NCBI GenBank assembly: GCA_041652815.1
Contig: JBAZGN010000004.1
Coordinates: forward strand, 79,890-143,889
DNA from: Candidatus Omnitrophota bacterium
GTDB lineage: Bacteria; Omnitrophota; Gorgyraeia; Duberdicusellales; 4484-171
Reading direction: 5' to 3'
Length of the DNA: 64,000 bases
Shown here: in pieces, positions 1-8,545 of the stretch
How positions within the stretch are numbered: position 1 is the first letter of the stretch
Layout: every line of letters begins with the position of its first letter
Translations under genes and position numbers: made by a program
Notes under the pieces: model-generated
What the model saw: only the letters and a program-made list of their open reading frames with translations
Databases searched by the model: none
What the model was told of the DNA's origin: nothing

Positions 1-660
1 AAATCAAGCAAGGCCGACATAAGAATGCGCATATTCAATGCTGACGGTTCCGAGGCTGAAATGTGCGGCAATGGCGCGAGGTGTGCAGCATTTTGGCAAA
101 GCGTAAAGCACAAAACGAGCAATACAAAATTAAAAATAGAAACTAAAGCAGGGGTTGTTGAGTCAGAAATAAATGGGGATAATGTAAGGATTAAGTTTAC
201 AGAGCCGAAAGATATAAGATTAGATATTCCGCTTAAAGTGAATAACCGGAATTTAAAAGTGAATTTCATAAATACCGGCGTTCCGCATGCGATAGTTTTT
301 GTAGAAGGGCTTGATAAAATCGATGTGCACACAATCGGCAGAGCTATCCGTTATCATCAAAAATTCCAGCCCAATGGAACTAACGTGGATTTTGTCGAAA
401 TCGTCAATGATGATTTTATAAAAGTACGTACTTACGAAAGAGGAGTAGAAGCTGAAACGCTTGCCTGCGGCACGGGTTCAACCGCATCTGCAATATTTTC
501 AAGTTACGGGTCAGAAAAATCCGGAAACAGAGTTATCAAGGTAAAAACGAGAGGCGGGGAGATACTAAAAGTTTTCTTCAGCAAGACTAATTCTAAGGTT
601 AGCAATATTTGGCTTGAAGGTTTGGTCAGGATAGTTTACAAGGGGGGTTACTATGTTTAA
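1..660 (+). CDS. dapF: Diaminopimelate epimerase, C-terminal part (gene starts upstream of window)
   Basis: ORF 25..660 open to window start; the translated sequence (CGNGARC..., two-domain fold) looks like DapF; followed by dapA/dapB/dapL. Confidence 0.8.
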   Translation, partial: KSSKADIRMRIFNADGSEAEMCGNGARCAAFWQSVKHKTSNTKLKIETKAGVVESEINGDNVRIKFTEPKDIRLDIPLKVNNRNLKVNFINTGVPHAIVFVEGLDKIDVHTIGRAIRYHQKFQPNGTNVDFVEIVNDDFIKVRTYERGVEAETLACGTGSTASAIFSSYGSEKSGNRVIKVKTRGGEILKVFFSKTNSKVSNIWLEGLVRIVYKGGYYV

Positions 661-1528
661 GGGTTCAATAGTTGCAATTGTTACTCCGTTTAAAAATGAT
701 AACGTTGACGAAAAAGCATTAAGAAAGCTTATTGAATTTCATATAAAGAACGGAACCAGCGCAATTGTTCCTTGCGGTACAACCGGTGAATCTGCGACTT
801 TGAACTATGAAGAGCATGAAAGAGTGATAGAAATCTGTATTGAAGAGGCAAAAGGAAGAATCCCGATAATTGCCGGAACAGGCTCAAATTCAACACAGGA
901 AGCCATAGTGCTTACAAAGCACGCAGCAAAAGCAGGAGCAGCCGCGTCGCTACAGGTTTCACCTTATTATAACAAGCCCACACAAAACGGTTTATATGAG
1001 CATTTTAAGGCTATCGCCGAGGCGGCTGATATTCCTATGATTTTATATAATATTGCTTCCCGAACCGGAGTAAACATTGAACCGGAAACAATCGCAAAAT
1101 TGGCCCGTGATTGCAAGAATATTATTGCGGTTAAGGAGGCATCCGGAAATTTGGAGCAAATGTCGCGCATAAAACTTTTATGCGGAAAGAATTTTAACTT
1201 ATTGTCCGGTGATGATGCGCTCACTCTGCCTGTACTTTCGATAGGCGGTGTAGGAGTTATCTCAGTTGTTGCCAACATAGCACCTCGTGATGTTGCTAAT
1301 TTGGTAAACGAGTTTCAAAAAGGAAATATCGAAGCATCTCAAAAAATTCATTATAAGCTTCTGCCGCTGATTAAGGCAATGTTTATTGAAACTAACCCCA
1401 TACCTGTAAAAACCGCTATGGGTTTGATGAAGCTTTGCGAGCCTAGCCTACGGCTTCCGATGTGTGCGATGTCTGAAGGGAATTTGAGCAAGCTTAAAAA
1501 AGCCCTCATAGAATATGGCATTATTTGA
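653..1528 (+). CDS. dapA: 4-hydroxy-tetrahydrodipicolinate synthase
   Basis: 291 aa; typical DapA N-terminus (VTPF..., GTTGES) and Lys-containing TIM barrel; 8-nt overlap with dapF. Confidence 0.9.
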   Translation: MFKGSIVAIVTPFKNDNVDEKALRKLIEFHIKNGTSAIVPCGTTGESATLNYEEHERVIEICIEEAKGRIPIIAGTGSNSTQEAIVLTKHAAKAGAAASLQVSPYYNKPTQNGLYEHFKAIAEAADIPMILYNIASRTGVNIEPETIAKLARDCKNIIAVKEASGNLEQMSRIKLLCGKNFNLLSGDDALTLPVLSIGGVGVISVVANIAPRDVANLVNEFQKGNIEASQKIHYKLLPLIKAMFIETNPIPVKTAMGLMKLCEPSLRLPMCAMSEGNLSKLKKALIEYGII

Positions 1529-1561
1529 CTTACATAACTAATTAACCGTACAACCTAATCT

Positions 1562-4147
1562 ATGCCTGTAAATAAATTTAAAAAGTGGCTGGTGCTTACT
1601 ATACTAATTGCCGGTTCCATCTCAATTAATGTTTACATGCGTCTTAATACTTTGCGTCTGGACAGTTTTTATCAAATTACAAAAGAGTCGGTACACGCGA
1701 AAATCTCAGCAAATTTAGAAAAACATCTTAACGAGAATTACCCTACGATTGCTTCCGCGACAAAACAAAGATTTTCGAAAAGTTTGCTTGATGAGTATCT
1801 CATAAAAAATAAAGAAGAAGTTTCAGGGCAGATAGCTAAAGACAGTCAAGAAGCTAAAGAGGTTTTCTTCGACGCTAACGGTATGCCATACCTTTTGGAA
1901 ATAGATCCTTACCGATGGATGCGCCGCATTGATAATTTTTTAAATACCGGCCATTTCGGTACCAGTATTAAAAATGGTATTGAGTGGGATAATCTGCAAT
2001 TTACGCCATTTGGAAGGAAAGTAGAACCTATTAGATTTCATTATTATTTAGGTGCATTTTTCTACAAATTACTCAATTTCCTAAACGACAAAATATCTTT
2101 AATGAATGCGCTCGCATTTTATCCTGTTTTTCTTTCTTCAATTATGGTTGTGGCTATATTCTTTTTTTGTGGAACATTTGGCATTTCCCGCTGGAGTGGT
2201 TTTATTGCCAGCGTAGTTATTGGGCTATCGGAAGTTTTGCTGGTAAGATCCAGCCTGGGGTGGTTTGATACTGACCTGTATAACATAATTTTTGCTTTGT
2301 TTATTGTTTCAGTTTTAGCGCGCGGATTAAATTTCGAAACTAAAGCAAAAAAATATGTGTTTTTACTAATATCGGCATTTTTGGTGGGTATTTATTCGGC
2401 CTTTTGGGCGACATGGTGGCTTGTATTTTTCTGTATAATCTTTGGCTTATTTTTATATAAACTTGAATTTATAATTTACGATGAATGCCATAATTTATTT
2501 CCGAAAATAAAAGATTCATTTCTAATCATGGCTTTTTTTATTATTTTTTCATATTTATTTGTTTTTTTAATATCTGGCTTAAGCGCAATAAAAAATTCGT
2601 TTTTGGAGCCTCTTTTGTATATGAAAGCCAGAACCGGTTTGACGATTGAAAATTTCTGGCCGGACATAGCCTTTAGTATAGCGGAGCTAAAACGGCCATC
2701 AATTCCCACAGCCATAAAAGCCTGCGGCGGCAATGTTGTAGTTTTTGGAGGCATTATCGGGCTTATCTTGCTTTTTATTTTGAAAAGAAGGGTAAAAGGT
2801 GCGGATCAAAAGCGTTTTCTTCTGTTCATTCTCTTTGCCTGGCTTTTAGCCGGAATATTTTTATCTTTTTTTGGAACAAGATTTCTTATTTTTTTAGTGA
2901 TTCCTTTAGGTATTCCATTCGCTATGCTTTGGGATCTTTTGGCTGAACGGCGTATTATAAATAGAAAATTGTCCTGGATGCCACAAATTAACCGTAAAGT
3001 TTTGATCTTACCTATTGTTTTTATTTTGATGGTTTTGCCATCGATCAAAAATGTATCTGCATTGAATCTTTTTCCAATGATGAATGATGTTTGGTTTAAT
3101 ATGCTTGAGAAAATAGAAAAAAATACGCCCAAAAACGCTGTCATCAACACGCAATGGGATTACGGTGATTATATAATGACTATATCTAAACGCGCAACAC
3201 TCTATGATGCAAGCTGGCAATATACGCCAGTTGCATACTGGATTTCGCGGGCTTTAATTTCACAAAACGAAGAAGAAGCAATGGGTATATTTCGCATGCT
3301 TGATTCCGGTGGCAATTTGGCATTTGATGAGCTATATAAGATAATCAAGGATAAAATATTAACGTTTAATCTGGTAAATAAAATGATTTCAATGAACGAG
3401 AATGACAGCCGTGAGCTTCTGAATAAATATGTTAAAGATAAGGAAAAACTTATCCAGATTTTAAAACTTATGTATGGCCCGCCCCCGCCTGGTTATGTGC
3501 TTCTTGCTGATAGAATTTTGGACACAATGCTCATAATGAGTTCCGTAGCAAACTGGGATTTTAAAAAATCCGAAGCATGGCAAAAATTCAATCAACTAAA
3601 TAAAGAAGATTTCATTAATTACGCAGTGGCAAACCTAGGTTATTCACATAAAGAAATCCAACAATTGTATTCGACGATGGCGTTAATGGATAAATCGGAA
3701 GCTATTTCTTGGATAGCCAATTCTGGCTACCGGTTTTACTTTGTTCGTTCAGCCCAGCTAATGAATGACGAAAATTTAGTAATATTTGATAGCGGAATTA
3801 TATTTGACAAGAAAGCCCCAAAGGTTTATCTTGTGAATGATTTTTTTAAGGTGGGAGCAACTATACCGGGGTGCCTATTTTTGGTGGAAGGAGATACAAT
3901 GAAAGAATACGCGTACAGTGACGGAAACGCCAATTATACGGCATTTATATTGAAAAACGGAGATGAATACGAATCGTTTCTCGTAGACGCTCCGCTGGCA
4001 AAGAGTTTATTGGTGAAATTATATTTTTTACGAGGCAAAGGCTTGAAACGTTTTGAGTTAGTTGCTGAGCAAAAAAATAAAGATACGCCATACCGCATGT
4101 ATTTATATAAAATTAATTGGCCGGATAGTAAAAAAGGAGTTAAATAG
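1562..4147 (+). CDS. STT3/AglB/PglB-like GT-C oligosaccharyltransferase-family membrane protein
   Basis: 861 aa; TM1 then a long loop then ~12 TM helices; WDYGDY motif directly after the last TM cluster (cf. WWDYG of STT3); large C-terminal soluble domain. Confidence 0.5.
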   Translation: MPVNKFKKWLVLTILIAGSISINVYMRLNTLRLDSFYQITKESVHAKISANLEKHLNENYPTIASATKQRFSKSLLDEYLIKNKEEVSGQIAKDSQEAKEVFFDANGMPYLLEIDPYRWMRRIDNFLNTGHFGTSIKNGIEWDNLQFTPFGRKVEPIRFHYYLGAFFYKLLNFLNDKISLMNALAFYPVFLSSIMVVAIFFFCGTFGISRWSGFIASVVIGLSEVLLVRSSLGWFDTDLYNIIFALFIVSVLARGLNFETKAKKYVFLLISAFLVGIYSAFWATWWLVFFCIIFGLFLYKLEFIIYDECHNLFPKIKDSFLIMAFFIIFSYLFVFLISGLSAIKNSFLEPLLYMKARTGLTIENFWPDIAFSIAELKRPSIPTAIKACGGNVVVFGGIIGLILLFILKRRVKGADQKRFLLFILFAWLLAGIFLSFFGTRFLIFLVIPLGIPFAMLWDLLAERRIINRKLSWMPQINRKVLILPIVFILMVLPSIKNVSALNLFPMMNDVWFNMLEKIEKNTPKNAVINTQWDYGDYIMTISKRATLYDASWQYTPVAYWISRALISQNEEEAMGIFRMLDSGGNLAFDELYKIIKDKILTFNLVNKMISMNENDSRELLNKYVKDKEKLIQILKLMYGPPPPGYVLLADRILDTMLIMSSVANWDFKKSEAWQKFNQLNKEDFINYAVANLGYSHKEIQQLYSTMALMDKSEAISWIANSGYRFYFVRSAQLMNDENLVIFDSGIIFDKKAPKVYLVNDFFKVGATIPGCLFLVEGDTMKEYAYSDGNANYTAFILKNGDEYESFLVDAPLAKSLLVKLYFLRGKGLKRFELVAEQKNKDTPYRMYLYKINWPDSKKGVK

Positions 4148-4873
4148 ATGTTACAATTGGCAATATCGGGATTTTGCGGGAAAATGGGCCAGCGTATTTT
4201 TGCTTTAGCGCGCAGCGATAAAAACTTTAAAGTAGTCGTAGGGTTAGAAAGAAAAGGCCATCCACAGGTTGGTAAGATTGTAGACGGCGTTCGCGTTACG
4301 GATAATCTGGAAGCAATAAAAGAATGTGACTGCGTTATTGATTTTACTATTGCAGTAGCTACTTTAGAAAATTTGCCACATATTGTAAAATACAAAAAAT
4401 GCGCAGTTATTGGTACAACCGGCCTTGATATGAGCCAGCAAGAACAATTAGAAGAAGCTTCAAAAAAAATAGCAATTGTTTTTTCTCCGAATATGAGTGT
4501 GGGTGTTAATCTTTTGTTTGCTCTGGCTAAGACGGCAGCTTCAACTTTACGCGGATATAAAGTGTTAATTGAAGAAGCGCATCATATCCATAAAAAAGAT
4601 GCTCCTTCCGGAACAGCAAAGCGCATTGCGCAAATAATAAACGAGGAAGGGCTATCCTGCCAGGCCGAAGATATACGAGCTATACGTGAAGGCGAAATCG
4701 TCGGGGATCACAGAATAATTCTTGAAAGCGAAGTGGACAGGATTGAATTATTCCATCATGCAAAAACCCGTGATATATTCGTTAAGGGTGCGCTGATTGC
4801 CGCAAGATGGGTTGTTAATAAAAAAACTGGGCTGTATTCAATGGATGATGTTTTATCGGACAAAAACAAATAA
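4148..4873 (+). CDS. dapB: 4-hydroxy-tetrahydrodipicolinate reductase
   Basis: 241 aa; N-terminal Rossmann GxxGxxG (GFCGKMG); the C-terminal E..HH.HK.DAPSGTA motif looks like DapB. Confidence 0.85.
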   Translation: MLQLAISGFCGKMGQRIFALARSDKNFKVVVGLERKGHPQVGKIVDGVRVTDNLEAIKECDCVIDFTIAVATLENLPHIVKYKKCAVIGTTGLDMSQQEQLEEASKKIAIVFSPNMSVGVNLLFALAKTAASTLRGYKVLIEEAHHIHKKDAPSGTAKRIAQIINEEGLSCQAEDIRAIREGEIVGDHRIILESEVDRIELFHHAKTRDIFVKGALIAARWVVNKKTGLYSMDDVLSDKNK

Positions 4874-4882
4874 ACTAAACCG

Positions 4883-6037
4883 ATGAGAAATTTTGAATTA
4901 TCAAAAAGGCTTACTTCACTGCCGCCTTATTTATTTGCGGAAATTGACCGGCAAAAAAAAGAGTTACGTGATAAAGGAATAAAATTCATTGATTTAAGCA
5001 TAGGTGATCCTGATGTAGCTGCGCCGCAAGGAGTTATAGATAACTTATATCAGGCAGCTAAGAATAAAGAAAACCAAAAGTACGCCTTGGATCAGGGAAA
5101 ACAGGCGCTTAGGTCAAGTATCAGCCGTTGGTTTTTAAAGCGATTTGGCGTTAGCCTTGATGAAAATAAGGAAATACTGCCTTTGATAGGGTCAAAAGAG
5201 GGGCTTGTACATTTTCCTTTGGCGTTTATTGACAAAGGCGACTATGTAATTATACCCAGCCCGGGATACCCCGGATACCGCGGAGCTGCCGTTTTCGCAG
5301 GTGCGAAAATATATGAGATGCCGCTTTTAGAAAAAAATAATTTTTTACCCGATTTAGACAAAATACCTGAAAGCGTCAGGAATAAAGCAAAAATCATTTA
5401 TGTGAATTATCCGAATAACCCAACCAGCGCGGTCGCACCGCTTGAATTTCTTAAAAAGCTGGTTGCTTTTTGCGCTAAATACGGGATTATCCTTGCGTAC
5501 GATAATGCTTATTCTGAAATTTATTTTGAAGAAAAGCCTCACAGTATTCTTGAGGTTCCTGGCGCGCGCGAAATTGCCATAGAATTCCATTCATTTTCCA
5601 AGACCTTTTGTATGACCGGTTTTAGAGTTGGCTGGGCTGCTGGCTGCGAAAATTTGATAAAAGGCCTTTTGAAAGTAAAAACCAATATTGATTCCGGAAT
5701 TTTTGGAGCGATACAGGATGCTGCAGGTTTTGCTTTAGAGAAGGAAACAGCATACATGGAAGATATGAGAAAAATATTTAAAGAAAGAAGGGATTTTTTT
5801 GTGCAAAATATAAGGGGTAAAATTTTCAAAAATGTTCACGCTGACGCTACATTTTACGTTTGGGTAAAATTGCCACGCAAATTTAAATCGTCTATTGAGT
5901 TCTCAAAATATCTTATCCAGGAAAAACGGATAGTAGCCACTCCTGGCGTAGGTTTCGGAAAATACGGCGAAGGTTTTATGCGGTTTGCTTTGACGCGTGA
6001 TAAGCAGGTTCTCAAAGAAGCAATTGACTTGTTGTAA
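4883..6037 (+). CDS. dapL: LL-diaminopimelate aminotransferase (class I aminotransferase)
   Basis: 384 aa; N-terminus LPPYLFAEID typical of DapL; PLP-fold aminotransferase with SFSK Lys motif; sits in the dap cluster. Confidence 0.75.
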   Translation: MRNFELSKRLTSLPPYLFAEIDRQKKELRDKGIKFIDLSIGDPDVAAPQGVIDNLYQAAKNKENQKYALDQGKQALRSSISRWFLKRFGVSLDENKEILPLIGSKEGLVHFPLAFIDKGDYVIIPSPGYPGYRGAAVFAGAKIYEMPLLEKNNFLPDLDKIPESVRNKAKIIYVNYPNNPTSAVAPLEFLKKLVAFCAKYGIILAYDNAYSEIYFEEKPHSILEVPGAREIAIEFHSFSKTFCMTGFRVGWAAGCENLIKGLLKVKTNIDSGIFGAIQDAAGFALEKETAYMEDMRKIFKERRDFFVQNIRGKIFKNVHADATFYVWVKLPRKFKSSIEFSKYLIQEKRIVATPGVGFGKYGEGFMRFALTRDKQVLKEAIDLL

Positions 6038-6049
6038 TACCTAATATAG

Positions 6050-6472
6050 ATGTATGTTTATATCGGTATCGGTTCAAATTTAGGGGATCGGCTGGCTAAT
6101 ATAAATAGCGCGATAGAAGAACTGAAAAATAATCCCGCTATCAGAATAGAGAAAATTTCTTCAATTATTGAGACCGCGCCGGTAGGTGGGCCTTCCCAGG
6201 GAAACTACCTAAACGGTGTTATCAAAATAAAAACCGAAATCTCTGCTAAAAAGCTTCTATGTACTTTGCAAAATATAGAGAAAAAATTAGGAAGAATGCG
6301 GGCAATAAAGGACGGCCCGCGTACAATAGATTTAGATATACTTTTATATGGTGATAAAATAATAGATGAACCTGGTTTACAGGTGCCGCATCCAAAAATG
6401 TTTGAGCGTGAGTTTGTAATGAATCCGCTTCTTGAGATAGAACCCGATATTTTGAAACAAATTAAAAAATAA
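6050..6472 (+). CDS. folK: 2-amino-4-hydroxy-6-hydroxymethyldihydropteridine pyrophosphokinase
   Basis: 140 aa; YIGIGSNLGDR ... IDLDILLYG are HPPK signatures. Confidence 0.85.
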   Translation: MYVYIGIGSNLGDRLANINSAIEELKNNPAIRIEKISSIIETAPVGGPSQGNYLNGVIKIKTEISAKKLLCTLQNIEKKLGRMRAIKDGPRTIDLDILLYGDKIIDEPGLQVPHPKMFEREFVMNPLLEIEPDILKQIKK

Positions 6473-6479
6473 GGTTGCG

Positions 6480-6600
6480 TTAACCGGTTACGCATCTCGT
6501 ATCGGTTGCGTTACTCGTTGATCGTTTTTTGAGACGTAACCGATAAACGGTAAACGAAACAAGCCGCGCAAACGCAACCGTAAAACGTAGCCATAAGCCT
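6480..6600. repeat. Word-palindrome element (GGTTGCG / CGCAACC and CGTAAAACG words around a T6 centre)
   Basis: Imperfect inverted repeat in the folK-panC spacer: ggttgcgtt ... aacgcaacc; the same word family occurs at 17562-17700. Confidence 0.6.
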
Positions 6601-7455
6601 ATGTTAATAGCAAAAACTATCAAACAAGCAAAAAAAGCAATCAGCGAAGCAAAACTAAAGAATAGAACCATTGGTTTTGTGCCGACAATGGGCGCTTTAC
6701 ATTATGGCCATCTTTCTCTGGTAAGAGCAGCAAGAAAGAGCTGCGATTTTGTTGCTGTAAGCATTTTTGTTAACCCGGCACAATTTGGGCCGAAGGAAGA
6801 TTTTAGAAAATATCCAAGGGCGTTTATCCGGGATGAACGGCTATTACAAAAGGAGAAGGTTGATTTAATTTTTTATCCTTCTGTTGCCGAAATGTACCCA
6901 AAAGATTTTTCTACCTATGTTGAAGAAATATATTTAAGTAAGCCGCTTTGTGGGTTAATACGCCCGGGCCATTTCAGGGGAGTTTGTACGGTTGTGGCAA
7001 AGTTATTTAATATAATAGAGCCGGACACCGCCTATTTTGGCCAGAAAGATTATCAGCAGGCGTGTATTATAAAGCGTATGGTAAAAGATTTAAATTTCCC
7101 CGTCACTGTAAAAGTGGTTTCTACGGTGCGCGAGAAAGACGGTTTGGCAATGAGCTCGAGGAATGCATATTTGAATTGTCAGGAGAGAAAGGATGCTTTG
7201 GTTTTATTTGAATCAATAGAGCTTGCAAAGAAACTTGTAAGAGGCGGCGGAAAAAACCCAAAGAAAATAATCGCTAAGATGCGCAAGCTTATACTTTCCA
7301 AAAAAAGCGCCAAGATAGACTATATCGAAATAGTTGATGCGCAAAGCCTGCAGAAAGTTGACAAAATGCAAAAAAATGTGTTAATCGCTATTGCTGTATA
7401 TATCGGTAAAACAAGATTGATTGACAACGTAATCGTGCATCTTAAAGGGAGTTAA
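6601..7455 (+). CDS. panC: Pantoate--beta-alanine ligase
   Basis: 284 aa; PTMGALHYGH HIGH-like motif typical of PanC. Confidence 0.9.
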   Translation: MLIAKTIKQAKKAISEAKLKNRTIGFVPTMGALHYGHLSLVRAARKSCDFVAVSIFVNPAQFGPKEDFRKYPRAFIRDERLLQKEKVDLIFYPSVAEMYPKDFSTYVEEIYLSKPLCGLIRPGHFRGVCTVVAKLFNIIEPDTAYFGQKDYQQACIIKRMVKDLNFPVTVKVVSTVREKDGLAMSSRNAYLNCQERKDALVLFESIELAKKLVRGGGKNPKKIIAKMRKLILSKKSAKIDYIEIVDAQSLQKVDKMQKNVLIAIAVYIGKTRLIDNVIVHLKGS

Positions 7456-7470
7456 AACCAAGGAGGTTTT

Positions 7471-8292
7471 ATGCAGAGGAATAAGAATAAAACAAAAATA
7501 GGAATAGTTGGTTGCGGCGCGATAGGAGAAGGTGTTGCAACTTTTATAGATAAGCAATTGCGCGGTAAAGCGGTGTTATGCGCTATTGCCGATAAAGACA
7601 GCGAAAAGGCCGAATTTCTGATTGAAAAGCTTTCGGTTGTTCCAAGACTAAGCAGTATTCATGAATTGGTTAAATCTGTAGACCTGGTAATTGAAGCGGC
7701 ATCAGTTGAAGCAGCCGGTATTGTGCTTAACGAAGCTATAAAATTTAAAAAAGATGTTGTAATCTTAAGCGTAGGTGCATTTATCAATGATAAAACCATA
7801 ATAAAAAGATGCGAAGAGCAGGGGATTAATATTTATGTCCCGTCTGGCGCGATATGCGGGGTAGACGGCTTAGGTTCATTAAGCCTTGGAGAGATAAAGA
7901 AGATTTCCCTCACAACCTCAAAACCGCCCCGTGGGCTTCAGGGGGTTGATTATCTAAAAAAGAACAATATAAACCTCGATAATCTAAAAACGGCGAAAAT
8001 TGTATTTAAAGGAAGAGTGAAAGAGGCGATAAAATATTTTCCGCAGAATATAAATGTTGCAGCAATTTTGCTTTTAGCCTCCTCATTTAAAGACGTGGAA
8101 GTTATGATAAAAGCTGATCCGCAAGTAAAACGCAATATACATCGTATAGAAATAGATACCGAAGAAGCCAAGATAAATATATCTGTTGAGAATGTTCCTT
8201 CTAAGGCAAACCCTAAAACAAGCACTCTGGCGATTCTTTCCACCCAGTATCTGCTGAAGAAGATTTTTTCTTCTTTTAAAATAGGTAGTTGA
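7471..8292 (+). CDS. nadX: L-aspartate dehydrogenase-like (NadX family)
   Basis: 273 aa; GIVGCGAIG Rossmann; PSGAICGVDGL, PQNINVAA, ADP...RNIHRIEI, ENVPSKANPKTS resemble Thermotoga-type aspartate dehydrogenase. Confidence 0.65.
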   Translation: MQRNKNKTKIGIVGCGAIGEGVATFIDKQLRGKAVLCAIADKDSEKAEFLIEKLSVVPRLSSIHELVKSVDLVIEAASVEAAGIVLNEAIKFKKDVVILSVGAFINDKTIIKRCEEQGINIYVPSGAICGVDGLGSLSLGEIKKISLTTSKPPRGLQGVDYLKKNNINLDNLKTAKIVFKGRVKEAIKYFPQNINVAAILLLASSFKDVEVMIKADPQVKRNIHRIEIDTEEAKINISVENVPSKANPKTSTLAILSTQYLLKKIFSSFKIGS

Positions 8293-8545
8293 TTGTATAA
8301 TACACAGATTAGCGCAGATTTGAATGGATGAGCACAGATTTTTAAATCACAATATACAAACCACAAATCACAAACAATATACAATAAACAATTCCGAAAT
8401 CACAAAGGGATTTAAAATTTTGGTCATTGTGATTTTGGAATTGTGATTTGTTTGTAATTTGTAAATTGTGGTTTGTAATTTTCAATAACATCTGCGATCA
8501 TCTGTGATTTCCAATCTGTGATCATCTGTGTAATAATATATAAAA
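8293..8545. repeat. Nested word-palindrome (outer CACAGAT/ATCTGTG words, inner AATCACAA/TTGTGATT words)
   Basis: About 250-bp intergenic region: left half has 3x (c)acagat and 5x aatcacaa-like words, right half has their reverse complements; centre gggatttaaaatttt. Confidence 0.65.

Noticed and set aside
967-1278. Antisense 60-115-aa ORFs inside well-supported genes (e.g. 967..1278-, 2476..2754-, 2806..3150-, 5354..5829-, 9634..11017-, 16117..16433-, 17782..18129-, 35666..36997-)
   Set aside because: They are fully embedded in the opposite strand of strongly conserved CDSs (dapA, OST, dapL, uvrA, nadE, eno, dnaX). Their low-complexity translations are typical spurious ORFs in AT-rich DNA
8400-8470. 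TGTGA half-sites (ttgtgattttggaattgtgatttg) resembling CRP/FNR boxes
   Set aside because: The half-sites are direct, not inverted with 6-bp spacing, and they are part of the AATCACAA/TTGTGATT word-palindrome
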